Part shown: piece after piece, positions 37,495-50,115 of the stretch
How positions within the stretch are numbered: the first letter of the stretch is position 1
Layout: each line of letters starts with the position of its first letter
DNA from: Chiloscyllium plagiosum
Taxonomy: Eukaryota
Direction: 5' to 3'
Assembly (NCBI RefSeq): GCF_004010195.1
Contig: NC_057724.1
Span: 8,038,671-8,102,670 of the forward strand
Length of the DNA: 64,000 nt
The notes under the pieces: generated by a model
Seen by the model: only the letters and a program-made list of their open reading frames with translations
Told to the model about the DNA's origin: nothing
Database searches by the model: none
Translations under genes and position numbers: made by a program

Positions 37495-38245
37495 ACTTTA
37501 TATTAATCGTGTTATGGACAGATTATAAGTTTACAAGCAGGCGGTGTTGTTCTGCGGTTGGTGATGGCCTGAATGCCCTTCCACATGCTCCGCGTATCGC
37601 CGCTATCCTGAAAGTAGCTGTGTATTCTCTGGGTGTGCACACTTTGCCTCTTTGATGGCCCAGGCTCAGGTTGGCCCTCGCTGTTGTTAGGGCCGCCTTG
37701 TCATCTGCTCTGAAGGCGGAACCACGGGTCCGCAGCAGCGCACACTCCTTTGCGGTCATCCTCACCTTCTGGTTGGGTGAGAAGTGATAGTTTTGGACAC
37801 AGAGACATCATCAATGCACTTGCTAATGTAGCAAATCACCGACACAGTTGATGGAATTGCCATCGGTTGCTGCCTCCATGAAGAAGCACCAGTCAGTGTG
37901 CTCAAAACAGACCTGAAGAGCAGAAATGGCTCCTGCAGGCCAGGTTCTCACCTGCTTCAGAACCAGGTTGACACATCTGACGAGCGGTCTGTATGCTGAG
38001 ATTAGCGTAACAGAGATGTGGTGTGAGGAGCCGAGCTCGGGCCCAGGCTCTGCTCCGTATGCATTGAGGATGTTTGTATAAACGAGATCCAGCATGTTCC
38101 TCCTTCTCATCGCAATGTCCACATGCTGATGGAATTTAGGGAGCACAGCCTTGAGAGTCGCACGGTTGAAATTTCCAGCAACAATAAACAGACCATAAAG
38201 ATGTGCGTGCAGCAGTCTACCAGTTGCCCAATACAGTTCACTGAG
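37495..38245 (-). mobile_element. Rex1/Babar-like LINE internal fragment (AP endonuclease C-terminus and linker)
   Basis: [23 protein letters not shown]...LDLVYTNI...LGSSHH...[10 protein letters not shown]. Confidence 0.75.
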
Positions 38246-39185
38246 TGCTGGATTTGAGTGGTGCTGGAAAAGCACTAACACATTCCATCCACCTGGACAC
38301 CCCGCGTTGGCCTATTACCTGCCCTCAACCTCTTCATTTCCAACTGCCGCTGGGACATTTACCGCCTCAACCTGTCTACCCCCCTCCCCCACTCCAACCT
38401 CTCACCCTCACAACGCGCTGCCCTCCACTCCCTCTGCTCCAATCCTGACCTCACCAACAAGCCAGTGGTAGTCTGGCGCACTGACCTCTACACTGCTGAA
38501 GCCAGACGCCAACTCGAGGACACCACCTTCTACCGCCCTCTCGACCATGACCCCACGCCCCATCACCAAACCATCATCTCTCAGACCATACAGAACCTCA
38601 TCACCTTAGGAGATCTCCCACCTACAGCTTCCAACCTCATAGTCCGGGAACCCCGCACTGCCCGATTCTACCTCCTTCCCAAGATCCAGAAGTCTGACCA
38701 CCCTGGCTGACCCATCGTCTCAGCGTGTTCCTGCCCCACTGAACTTAACTCTACCTACCTCGACACTGTCCTATCCCCCCAGTCCAGGAACTCCCCACAT
38801 ACGTTCGAGACACCACCCATGCCCTCCACCTCCTCCAAGACTTCCGTTTCCCTGGCCCCCAATGCCACATCTTCACCATGGATATCCAATCCCTCTACAC
38901 CTCCATCTGCCATGACCAGGGCCTTTAAACCCTCCATTTCTTCCTCTCCAGACATCCCCAACAGTACCCTTCCACCGACACTCTCTTTCGTTTGGCCGAA
39001 CTGGTCCTCACCCTTAACAATTTCTCCTTCGAATCCTCCCACTTCCTCCAGACCAAAGGGGTAGCCTTGGGCACCCATATGGGAAAAAGTGAGGACTGCT
39101 GATGCTGGAGACCAGAGTTGAAAAATGTGGTGCTAGAAAAACACAGCAGGCCAGGCAGCATTCGAGGAGCAGGAGAATTGACGTC
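38245..39185 (+). mobile_element. Penelope-like RT fragment with pLTR pieces
   Basis: PRTARFYLLPKIQK, FTMDIQSLYTSI and FLQTKGVALGT(H)MG motifs; inverted pLTR at ~39085-39185. Confidence 0.85.
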
Positions 39186-40467
39186 TCAACACCCAGGCAC
39201 CAGCATCGGGCAAAGCCGAGGCCTGGTCTCAGAAGCAAGCTGCAGCTCTGCATGGTTACAGCATAATTACATCTACTCACATGGTTACAGCAATTTCCTT
39301 TGTTGGGTTGTTTTAACGTGTTTTTAAACCAGTTGTTAAATGAGGAACTATTCTGACATTTCTCAAAATGGGATTGGATTGTTTAAACTATCTGTTTTGA
39401 CACTGATTTGCCATTGACTCTGTCTCATGTTTGCTGCTCTCAGAGGCAGTAGGACAATTCCCATCCACAAAGACACGAAAATTACACTTGTTGGTACTGT
39501 GGGATGAAGATGGGATTATAACTCTCCATCTCCATGATAAATCCCATCTTCAACAGTCAATAGTTGGAAAATTCTGACCTGTCCCAGATTCACCACGTGA
39601 AACTTAACCTAGCTCACCTCAGAGCATTTACACTGGATTCCTACAATTGAGAAAACTGCCAGCAATTACTTTGGGGTCAGTAAGGGTGTGATTCATTAAT
39701 GCGTCATCTTTGATCTGGATTTAGTTCTGGTTCAGGCATTGATTGGGAATCCCTTGCCTGTCCACGTCATTTGCTATCAGGCTTGTGTGGGCTTCCATCA
39801 CTGACAGACACTGTATGAGATTGAAAGATGGGAATCTGCATACTACTATCCTGACCTTGCTTTTGTTCTGCAATGTCTCATAACTAATATACAGTATACC
39901 TTTAAGAAACATGCGTCACAAAGATAACATCATGAGCAAGGCTATAAAGGTCCCTAATTCCACTTTATCGGGATCATTTGAAGCATGATGTGCAGATGCA
40001 ATTTTTTTACTGCTTGTAACCAATAACTTAGCCGAGACACTGAAGTCTCTGTGTCTGCATACTAGGAACTGCAATAAATGCCTAATAAATTCTCCAGTTT
40101 TACTTTACCCATGTCCAGGTCTTATTTACAAGAGCTAATTATAGAGATGACATCATCAGATACAAACAGCAAGGGCCCAATTAAGTGATCAATCATGATG
40201 GCAGCACAATGGTAATGAGCACTCACTGTTAAGAAATTATCCTCGTTCTCAGTGGTAGACACTTGGAAACATTATTAAAGATCAGGCAGACTTGGACTTC
40301 AAAGCATTTACTAAATTGACAGCACCAGTTTGTGCAAATTTCTGCAAATGAAACAACAAATAGGTGGAAAATATCAGTTCTGCAAAGTTCTCTCTTTTAA
40401 TAAAAAGAAACAAACCAACTACTTACTTTCTGATCCAAAGAGTCAAATGCATCTTACTGCAATAAAA

Positions 40468-40774
40468 CCATAGAATCATAGAATCCCTACAGTGTGGTAA
40501 CAGGCCCTTCTGCCCACACCGATCGTCAGAAAAGCATCCCTCCCCCTATCCCTGGAACCCTGCATTTCCCATGGCTAACCCACCCAGCCTACACATCCCT
40601 GTACACTATGGACAATTTAGCATGGCCAATCCATCTAACCGCCACATCTTTGGACAGTGAGAGGAAACCAAAGCACCCAGAGGAAACCCACGCAGACAAA
40701 GACAGAATGTGCAAACTCCACACAGATTGTCGCCTGAGGCTGGAATCGAATCTGGGACCCTGGAGCTGTGAGGC
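40468..40774 (-). mobile_element. V-SINE
   Basis: V-domain and CR1-like tail on the minus strand. Confidence 0.82.
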
Positions 40775-40974
40775 TAAAAACTAAAAAAAAGTCTCCTCTC
40801 AGCTTTTGTATAATGTCCTCCTAAAAAAACTGACATCTTCTAAAACACTAAAATAGCATATTGCACCAGGTTATCATGAGAATGTTATACGGGAAAAATG
40901 TGGAGATTGAGTAAACATGATGGGCAGCATGTGAAGTTGTGTACTGAACCGGAAATTTCAACAACTTGTGAATG

Positions 40975-41192
40975 GAGTCAGAATCAGAGTCAGAGATGTA
41001 CAGCACAGAAACAGACCCTTCGTCCAACTTGTCCATGCCGAGCGGATATCTCAACCCAATCTCGTCCCATGTGCCAGCACCTGGCCCATATCCCTCCAAA
41101 CCCTTCCTATTCATAGACCCATTCAGTTGCCTTTTAAATGTTGCAATCAGACTAGTCACCGCCATTTCCTCTGGCAGCTCATTCCATACACT
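40975..41192 (-). mobile_element. CR1 3' terminal fragment
   Basis: VWNELPEEM...FKRQLNGSMNRKGLEGYGPGAG plus tail. Confidence 0.82.
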
Positions 41193-41675
41193 GCATTTCA
41201 GTAACAAAAACAGTCCAAGCTATTATATTTTTCAAAAGGAAATTAGGTAAAGAAGTGAAAAGGAACAATGAAAAAAAATTCATGAGAACCCAAAGAAAGT
41301 TCAATTTGGATAGTTAAAAGCTGTTTATAAAGCAACAGTGGAACAGCTAACTGAGGTGGACTTAATGATGTCCTCCTGCAATTTGTATAAACTTTATTGT
41401 TTTGGTAGATATATTGAAAATTGAAGCAGTTCAACTAATTTTTGCAATAAATTTTCAGGAATAGAATAAACAGATTTTTCTGTAAGCTTTTCCAAATTTT
41501 GGGTGATTTCCTTTGAACTTTCATGTAACTTTTGGCTCATTTAAAGCAGCCCCATTCTGCACTAATCCAATGAGCAGAGAATGGACATTTGTCCAATTAT
41601 TCGCCAAGTGTAGTTTATAAGCTTCTATTGTAATTCCAACCCACAAAGAGAATGATTTAAAAATGACATTCTTAC

Positions 41676-41794
41676 CTAAAGGGGCAAACAGATTGCCAAT
41701 GTGAACAGCATGAGGAAAAATAAAATGGACCATAAAGGTGCCCACAGCAACTGTGCAGCAATCTCAGGATACACAATGAAAGCCAAACCAAAGC
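41676..41794 (-). pseudogene. Frameshifted SLC6A14-like exon 9 (copy B)
   Basis: [35 protein letters not shown], then a 7-nt deletion relative to copy C (119 vs 126 nt) giving an in-frame TAG. Splice sites are still intact. Confidence 0.88.
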
Positions 41795-43252
41795 CTGAAT
41801 TATGGAAACATGTGATATGGTAAAACTAACTGTGCTGTAAGGAGAGGATAAATGTCCCTCTATTTTAACCAATAATGTACCAGGAAACCACTCCTCAAAA
41901 CAGTCACTATTGTGAAATTTTCCCTTTATGAATCCATCCTGGGTCACCATTAAATAATATTGTCAATTTAATGCCAAATTTATGCTATGGAGACTTTGCC
42001 AACATGTTATCTTTATAGCGTGCAAGTGGCCATAACAGTATTGATACAAAATATTATTTACATTTGTTTTTAAATTTGGGGAGGGTTATAGATGAAACAT
42101 CCATGAAGATGGCTAGTGATAGGACACAAGCCCGACGAATATCTGCAGCTAGGACACAGGCTGGTTCCAAGACTGCCACAACCTGACATGCAAGGCCATC
42201 ATGGAAGCTAGCATTATGGAAACATGTAAAGACTAATAGGTTGGAGAAATGAGCAACCTTTTATTTTCCTGCTGTGTAAAATGTTCTGTCTGTAATGAAG
42301 TTGGTGAGGTACCATGACTATATGCTGGGCAACGTACTGTATAGTATAAAAGTGGAACAATTTCCCTTCAAACTTTATAATGCTCCTGTGAAACTGGTAA
42401 CTCCTATCACCATACTGGGAGCCTAGAGGGCCAGAGCTATCATATTGAGCTTAGGAACTAAATTGCACAAATTGATGTAATTTGAATATCATATCATATT
42501 ATCATTTATCAATATTGTTTTGAACCATTTATGCCTGAAGCATTCAATGGCTATTATTGTTTTACTAACAAATCCTCATTGCAACCTTGACCAAAATAAC
42601 TCAGTTAATCTGAGACCTGCACAATACCCACCTACAAACCATCCCAATCCACGACTCAAAACATTTTGACTCTTAAATTATAACCCCTCAGTCGGACGTT
42701 CACTTAATTGAATTGGCAAAATCTTCTTTGAAGACGTCACAATATTTAATGGAACTCCAAACCTCTTCAGGACCAATCTCCTCTAATTTGTGAAAGTCAG
42801 TTTAGTTTATTCTGCAGTTATAACAATTGGATCCAGACTTTGCCAACAGAATAGAAAGGTTGTAGTTTGGTGAAATAGGAACATGTGAAAAAGGTGCAGG
42901 AATCATCCATTCTGTCCGTGACCCATCTCCACCATTCAACTAGATCAAGCCTGATTTGCCTGTTACCTCAATCCACATTCCTGTGCAACCCTGATAACCC
43001 TTTCACCCATTACTTAACAAGAATCTATTGAACTTGACCTTAGAAAGTATGCAAAGTCAATGTCTCCACCACATATTCATGAAGAGAGTTCCAAAGACTC
43101 TCAATCCTCTGTCAGAGCGAAAAAAAAACACATGTTTTAAATGGGCAAACCTTATTTCTAAGACACAGTTCTAATTTCTTCCATGAAGACCTATCGGGAT
43201 CTTAAATATGTCAGTCCAGCAGATACAACACTAGCCTGTCCAATTGCTTTCA

Positions 43253-43586
43253 GGGTGGCATGGTGGCTCAGTGGTTAGCACAGCTGCCAGGGACCTGGGT
43301 TCAATTCCAGCCTCGGGCGATTGTCTGTGTGGAGTTTGTACATTCTCCCATGTCTCTGCGGGTTTCCTCTGGGTGCTCTGGTTTCCTCCCACAATCCAAA
43401 GATGTGCAAGTTAGGTGGATTGGCTCAGCTAAACTGCCCATAATGTCTAGGGCTGTGTAGGTTAGGTGCATTATTCAGTGGTAGATATATGATAGTAGGG
43501 GAATGGGTCTGGGTTGGTTAATCTTTGGAGGGCCAGTGTGGACTTGTTGGGCCGAAGGGCCTGTTTCCACACTTTAGGGATTCTAC
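43253..43586 (+). mobile_element. V-SINE inserted in a decayed minus-strand CR1 (~42875-44036)
   Basis: tRNA head, V-domain and tail; the flanks translate to CR1 RT remnants. Confidence 0.82.
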
Positions 43587-44036
43587 GAAGCTATCGTACA
43601 CATTCCAGGTAGTAGACTGATAAGTTTACTCTACATTGATTCCAATGCATTTACTTCCTCCTTAAATAAGTTGTCTGGACACAGGCAGTCTCACTAATGC
43701 CCTACATAACTGAACTATAACCTACCTCCGTTGGAATTCAATACACCCCACAATAAACTATAACATTCTGTTAGCTTTGCTATATACATGTTAATTCTGC
43801 ATGTTAGTTGTTTTTGTGGTTCATGCAGTAAGACAGCAAAATACCTCCGCATTTTAGAACTCAGAACTACACCATCATTTAAATGAGATGCTTCTTCTCT
43901 ATTCTTCTTATCAAAATGGACAATCTCATATTTCCACATTACACCCCATTTGCCACATCTTTATCTACTCACGTATCCTATGTATATCTTTTTATCGCCT
44001 CCTTGTGTCCCTTTCTCAGCTCATTTTGCTACCTAC

Positions 44037-47000
44037 TGTGATGATACTATGGCTTTAAGGGGTGCATTTTGTTCTGTTTTCTTTTCTGAAGAAAGGTTGA
44101 GACAGACGTACACAGCAGTTTCCTTAAAGTCAAGAAAGTTAACAGCTACTGAGGCCATGAGTATTTTTAAAAGTTGGAACAACAGGAATAGCCAAATCGG
44201 TGGGTCATGCTCCCAAAGAACCAGGTCTTTTTGTTTTATTTTATTAATAGCAGTTGTTGGGGTCCTGAAGCTGTTTCTCCTCTCTCTATTACAGCTAAAA
44301 TCTGGGAGTTCTCTTCCTGCTGCTAGAATTGCATGAGACAATCTATTTTATTGAATTCACCTTTGTTTATGGGATGTTACTATATTGGCACAGTTACTGT
44401 TTAGTAGTTAATTAAGTTGTTATTCAGTTAAATTTTCCAAAAGAGATAATTTATTCCAATTACATGTTTCTTTTGTTGTATTTTAATGATAGTGTATGAA
44501 TAAAGTGTGCTTTGCTTCAAGACTGGTAGTTTGACCCATCAAATTGCATCTAGAACGCAACACATGCCTTTAAAATAAGGAAAAGTCAAGGTCTGGGCTA
44601 TTTTTAAAAATATTTTGAGGGGGTTTGGTCTGGCCCATAACAAATTAAGGGTGCCTATCAGGAACAATATCTCTAATTGGATTCAGGATAATTGGATTCA
44701 AAAGCAATGGTGAGTGTTGGTGTTTTAATTTCAGGTGTTGCATTTGGTTGACTTAAGTATAGGATGCTTTGTATAGTAATGGCTCTTTCAGTTACTAAGA
44801 GTATCCTGGGGGTGGAAGAAGTCACTTTGGGAGTTTTACAGAAAGTGATCAAGGCAATGAGCAAACAACCTAGAACTTGGGTTACCTGAGTCTGTGGGGA
44901 AAGGGAAAAAAGTGTGGCAATCGCACAGCACTTACAATTGCCAGGAATACCACTGAAATGGCGAAATTCAATTAAAAAGGAAGCAGCTTGAGTTAGATGC
45001 AAAACAAAAAGGAAGAGAAAAGGAAATGAAACACTTTGTATTATGATTAAAAGCAGAACCAGAAGAAAAGGAAAGGAAGGCCCAAGCAATGAAAGGGACA
45101 AACAGAGAGAAGAAAGAGAGAGCTTTTGAACTTCAGAGGTTGGAACTGAAAACTCAAAGTCGACTTAAAATGGTGGAGGTAGAATTGAAAGGTACCGAGC
45201 AATGAAAGGGACAAACAGAGAGAAGAAAGAGAGAAAGAGAGAAAGAGAGAGCTTTTGAACTTCAGAGGTTGGAACTGAAAACTCAAAGTCGACTTAAAAT
45301 GGTGGAGGTAGAATTGAAAGGTAGGAGTTGTGAAGAGGACAGAGATGGAGAGCAATCCCATTGTAGCCAAAGGCCCAGTGGGAATCTGTTTAAGTATGTC
45401 CAAGTGATGTCTAAATTTGATGATAAGGATGTAGAAGCCTTTTACATTTCATTTGAGTAAGTGTTTCAACATTTGAAATGGCCGGTGACCATGTGGGTAT
45501 TATTGATCTAAACAAAGTTGATAGGTACAGTCAGTGAGGTATTTGAATCACTATCAGAGAAGGCACCTGGGGAGTACAATGAGGTGAAAAAAGCCATCTT
45601 AAATGCACACGAGCTAGTACCAGAAGCATAAAGACAACAAGTTTGGCTTCCAATATCAATTTCAATCTGTGAGGGATATAAATTAGGGAAAAGAGAAAAG
45701 GAGATAACATTGAAGAGAGTAAAGATAGTTTACCACAAGGAAAAAAGGAAATCCCTGAGGGCGAAAGAGAACTAAAAAAACGCAGGAGTTTTCACTGTAA
45801 TGAAGTTGGCGACATGAAGTCACAGTGTTGCTTATTTAGAAAAAAATCACTGAGAAGACAGATGCGGGAAAACAGGATAAACAAGTGAGTTTTGTTGAAG
45901 TGGTACAGGCAAGCACAGTGGAAGCTAATAATATGGAAAGATATTACAACCTGATCAGGAATTGGTTGAGAAGGAAGTGTCAGATCTCTTTAAAGAATTT
46001 ATTTGCATGGTAAGGTTTAACTCATGTATGCCAGCAGGAACAGTAAAAGAAATTCAGATTTTAAGAGATACAGGAGCAAGTCAATCTTTGATGGTGACAG
46101 TTGAGGAGATATGTACTTTAGTAGGAATACTGCCAGAAATGGTCATCATGTGTGGAATTCATGGTGAGAAGAGTGTTCCATTCTCCACGTGCTCTGGTTT
46201 CCTCCCAATGTCCAAAGATGTGCAGGCTAGGTGAATTGGCTGTGCTAAATTGCTTATTGTGTACAGGGATGTGTACATTAGGTGCATGAGTTAGGGGACA
46301 CGGAGAATAATAGGGTAAGGAATGGGTCTGGATGGGTTACTCTTTCGAGGGTTGATGTGGACTTGTTGGGCCAAATGGCCTGTTTCCACACTGTAGGGAT
46401 TCTATGATTATATAAAGTGAGGGTGGAGAATGTGGTGTGAAGTGGTGAAGTGATGATGGGAGCAATAAAGAAATTCTCAGTTCCAGGGATACAGTTTATC
46501 CCTGGTAATCATCTAGCTGGATCACAGGTGGGTGTGATGCCTACTGTGGTTGAAAAGCCAGGGAAAATCAGGCACTAAGGTGTTACATGAAGTATAACCT
46601 GGGATTTCTCCTAACTATGATATCAAGGTCACAAAGCTGCAAGTGGAAACAGGAGGAGGAATCAAAAAGAGGAAGGATAAGGATAATGGTAAAGAAAAAA
46701 ACAAGAACAGGTGGAGGACAAAGTGGATATTTTAAGTTCAGAGAAATTATCTGAATTATGACAGAAAGATTAAAAACTAAAGCAGTTGTATCAAAAAGTA
46801 TATACAGAAGAAGAATAAGTTTATCCCAGAATATTACTATCATAAAAATGAAGTTTAATGAGGAAATGGAGATGTTAGCTCTATTATCGATGGGTTATAG
46901 AAAGGAGATGTTGCAGGTAGCACATAAATTATCAGGAGGGGGGAATTTGTGGGTAAGGAAAACTCAAGCCAAAATGCAAAAACATTTTTATTGGCTGGAC

Positions 47001-47410
47001 TGTATTTGAATGTGGTTGACTTTTGCCAGACATGTCATATATGTCAGTTAATCGGAAAACCTCAGGCAGTGATAAAACCAACATCCTTATTACCCATTCC
47101 CCCATTTGTGAAACCTTTTACAAGAGTTTTAATTGATTGCTTAGGGCCCTACCTAAATGAAATATGAAAATCAGTATTTGTTGACCATAATGGATGCGGC
47201 TACTGGATTTCCAAAAGACATTCCATTGTGCAATATCACGGTGAAAAGGATTGTGGATGAATTACTCTTTTTTCTAACGAGACACAGACTACCCACAGAA
47301 ATACAATCGAATCAAGGGTCAAACTTTACATCAAAATTATTTAAGGAAGTTATGAATAACTTTGGAACAAAACAATTCAAATCCACTGTGCACCATCCAG
47401 AATGACAGAT
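44037..47410 (+). mobile_element. Gmr1-like Ty3/Gypsy LTR retrotransposon, 3'-truncated (5' LTR 44037-44642, gag, protease, integrase)
   Basis: LTR TGTG...AACA with AATAAA. Gag has a coiled coil, a KFDDKDVEAFYISFE...LKWP capsid-like block and an HCNEVGDMKSQC knuckle. Protease ILRDTGASQSL is followed by integrase AH...CQTCHICQ, IDCLGP and QSNQGSNF, with no RT in between. V-SINE insert at ~46178-46410. Confidence 0.82.
45085..45323. repeat. Tandem duplication of about 110 bp within the Gypsy gag
   Basis: AGCAATGAAAGGGACAAACAG...GTAGAATTGAAAGGTA at 45085-45194 and 45198-45323; the second copy has extra GA repeats. Confidence 0.9.
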
Positions 47411-47560
47411 AACATTAGAACTGTGTTGATATGTTGCACGAGGTGGTGATCCGCTCTGCGACTTGTCTCCCCCAGTGTAGAAGAGATTACATTGTGAACA
47501 GCAAATACAACAGACTAAATTGAGTGAAGTGTGGGAAATGGGTCTAATATGGCTAAGTGC

Positions 47561-47779
47561 TGAAAATGTGCTGCTGGAAAAGTGCAGCAGGTCAGGCAGC
47601 ATCCAAGGAACAGGAGAATCAACGTTTCGGGCATAAGCTCTTCTTCAGGAATTCCTGAAGAAGGGCTTATGCCCGAAACGTCGATTCTCCTGCTCCTTGG
47701 ATGCTGTCTGACCTGTTGCGCTTTTCCAGCAACACATTTTCAGCTCTGAACTCCAGCATCTGCAGTCCTCACTTTCTCC
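47561..47779. mobile_element. Palindromic Penelope pLTR mini-element with paired hammerhead motifs and 18-bp TSD
   Basis: Near-perfect inverted repeat 47559-47743 centred on GGAATTCC; CUGAAGAagggcuuaugcccGAAACGUC on +; TSD TCTAATATGGCTAAGTGC at 47543-47560 and 47780-47797; nested in a decayed GIY-YIG fragment (~47430-47995). Confidence 0.85.
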
Positions 47780-48191
47780 TCTAATATGGCTAAGTGCCCT
47801 ATTAACTTCAGCTGCACCAGAGGAAAAGGGTGGACATTTCTGAGTTGCCCCTGTATCAAGGTAGCAGCATTACAATCGATTTACCAGAGATGGAATAACT
47901 TGGAGAATGGGATTGAGTCCTTACCAGGATGGAGGGTGTGAGGATGAATAGTCCAGGTAAAGGTGTGAGTCAATGGGTTTGGAGTGGATAATGGTTGATT
48001 TGGAACAAAAGTAAATGATACTTTTCTACTCACAGAATAAACAATGCAACTGTTCCCCATTTGCCAGGAATCAGTTTGTAAACTGAACCCTCAAAGAAGC
48101 TCTGCAATTCACAACAACTAATACCCCCAAATTATCGATACCTCACAGGGTTCTGCTTGAGGCTACTGTTTAATGTTTGATAAATACTTAC

Positions 48192-48263
48192 CATGTGCTT
48201 TGGAGCATGTGTTTGATGGTAAGTCTGTGAGAACCCAGATAAAGCCAATTCTCTTTTGTCCAT
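48192..48263 (-). CDS. Orphan SLC6A14-like exon 1 (MDKRELALSGFSQTYHQTHAPKHM)
   Basis: 72-nt open frame from ATG to a consensus gtaagt donor; same length and phase as 35973-36044; shares the MDxxELxLSGFSQ pattern. Confidence 0.6.
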
Positions 48264-48509
48264 TTGGTCACTGATGAAAGATTCTTCTGTTACTAAATGT
48301 ATGCTTGAAGAAGACAGTGTTACAGTACTATGGTTAAGTAAGTGATAGAATTCTGAAACAGTCTAAATGCAATGCAAAGTACAGTGACTCTTTCGTGTGT
48401 AATTTAAAGTGCGTGCAACTCTGCTTACACAGGTTATGGGTTTAACTAAGATCCCAGAATATTTAAGCTATTCATGGATTCAATATTCCAAATAGCTGTT
48501 GTGTACATC

Positions 48510-48622
48510 ATTGTCTGAGCATTCAGTATCCAAGTGCATTTACAGTTTTGGCTGCAGATCAATTTTTAAAGGGGACAGTACATTACAGCTGTACATATAT
48601 CAAAAAACAAGGCAAAGCCAAA
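48510..48622 (-). promoter_or_regulatory. Candidate promoter block upstream of the orphan exon 1
   Basis: Paralogous to 36280-36410 with similar spacing to the ATG. Confidence 0.35.
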
Positions 48623-48645
48623 CCCTCCATGCATTCACTAAAATA

Positions 48646-48855
48646 TGATGTGGAGAAGCCAGTGCTGGACTGGGGTGGACAATGTTAAAAATCACACAAC
48701 ACCAGGTTATAATCCAACAGGTTTATTTGGAAGCACTAGCTTTCAAAGCACTGCTTCTTCATCAAGTTCCTGATAAATGAACAGCACGCTGAAATCTAGT
48801 GCTTCCAAATAAACTTGTTGAACTACAATCTGGTGTTCTGTGACTTTTAACTTTG
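48646..48855. mobile_element. Palindromic hammerhead-type Penelope-associated mini-element with 12-bp TSD
   Basis: Inverted arms of the same family as 4744-4969; TTCACTAAAATA at 48634-48645 and 48856-48867. Confidence 0.75.
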
Positions 48856-49454
48856 TTCACTAAAATAATGGAAGTTGCTCCTTAAACTGATAAATGATCT
48901 AGGCAATTTGAGTTCCTTACAACTACTGCAGAAAGACTTCTTCTGCTCTATTTATATAGTAATTATAGTCTGAATTTTAACTTTTTGACCCTTTCGTGTC
49001 TCTGATGCCAATAGTAAATTGAGAATCTGGAAGTGTTAGCAATTTACTTTTCCACAGCATTTTGACCCAGACATTGTATCTGCATCAATCTTCTGAGTTT
49101 CCTGACTCACTGCTGTGAAGTGATATGATAATGCCCTGTATCAGTCTGTTTCAGCTCCATTGGTTAATGGAGTTCTATGTGGATCAGAATTGAAAAATTA
49201 CAGATATATTTGACATAATCTTGACTTGCACAGATGGAGGCTCAGTGTACCAAGGCAGCAGTACAGTTCCATGATGTGTCCAGAGTGTGATGCTAAGCTA
49301 TAGATTCTTTCATGGGATGTGGACATAACTGTCAAGACCAGCAATTGTTGTTCATCCCGATTGCCCTTGAAGTGAGTGCTTGGCTAAAAAAGTTTGGAGC
49401 TGGTTATGAACTAATCAACCACATTATTGTGGAACTGGGCTCATATTTGGGCAT

Positions 49455-50115
49455 GGTTCTGGATTAGTGGTGCTGGAAGAGCACAGCAGTTCAGGCAGCA
49501 TCCGAGGAGCAGTGAAATCAACGTTTTGGACAAAAGCCCTTCATCAGGAATAAAGGCAGAGAGCCTGACAGGTGGAGAGATAAGCTGGAAGAAGGTGGAA
49601 AAGAAGATAGGCAGGTAGGACGTCATGGGGACAGTGCTGAGCTGGAAGTTTGGAACTATGGTGAGGTGGGGGAAGGGGAAATGAGAAAACTGTTGAAGTC
49701 CACATTGATGGCCTGGGGTTGAAGTCTTCCAAGGCAGAAGATGAGGCGTTCTTCCTCCAGGCATCTGGTGGTGAGGGAGCGGCGCTGAAAGAGGCCCAGG
49801 ACCTCCATGTCCTCGGCAGAGTGGGAGGGGCAGATGAAATGTTGGGTCACAGGGCGGTGTGATTGATTGGTGTGGGTGTCCCGGAGATGTTCCCTAAAGC
49901 GCTCTGCTAGGAGGCGTCCAGTCTCCCCAATATAGAGGAGACCGCATCGGGAGCAACGGATACAATAAATGATATTGGTGGATGTGCAGGGCCTTTTAGG
50001 GCCTTGGATGGAGGTGAGGGAGGAGGTGTGGGCGCAAGTTTTGCAATTCCTGCAGTGGCAGGGGAAGGTGCCAGGATGGAAGGGTGGGTTGTAGGGGGCG
50101 TGGACCTGACCAGGC
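49455..50115 (-). mobile_element. Penelope-like GIY-YIG 3' fragment with pLTR, inserted into a SINE
   Basis: QHFICPSHSAEDMEVLGL...LEEERLIFCLGRLQPQAINVDF; pLTR with CUGAUGA motif at ~49455-49550. Confidence 0.85.

Larger units (their letters stand above)
41225..48620 (-). pseudogene. SLC6A14-like relic copy B (promoter, exon 1 and pseudo-exon 9 only)
   Basis: Exon-1 paralogue at 48192-48263 with homologous upstream and intron-1 flanks. Exon-9 paralogue at 41676-41794 sits in a ~700 bp block homologous to ~62905-63620. No other exons found; the intervening DNA is TE-derived. Confidence 0.8.
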
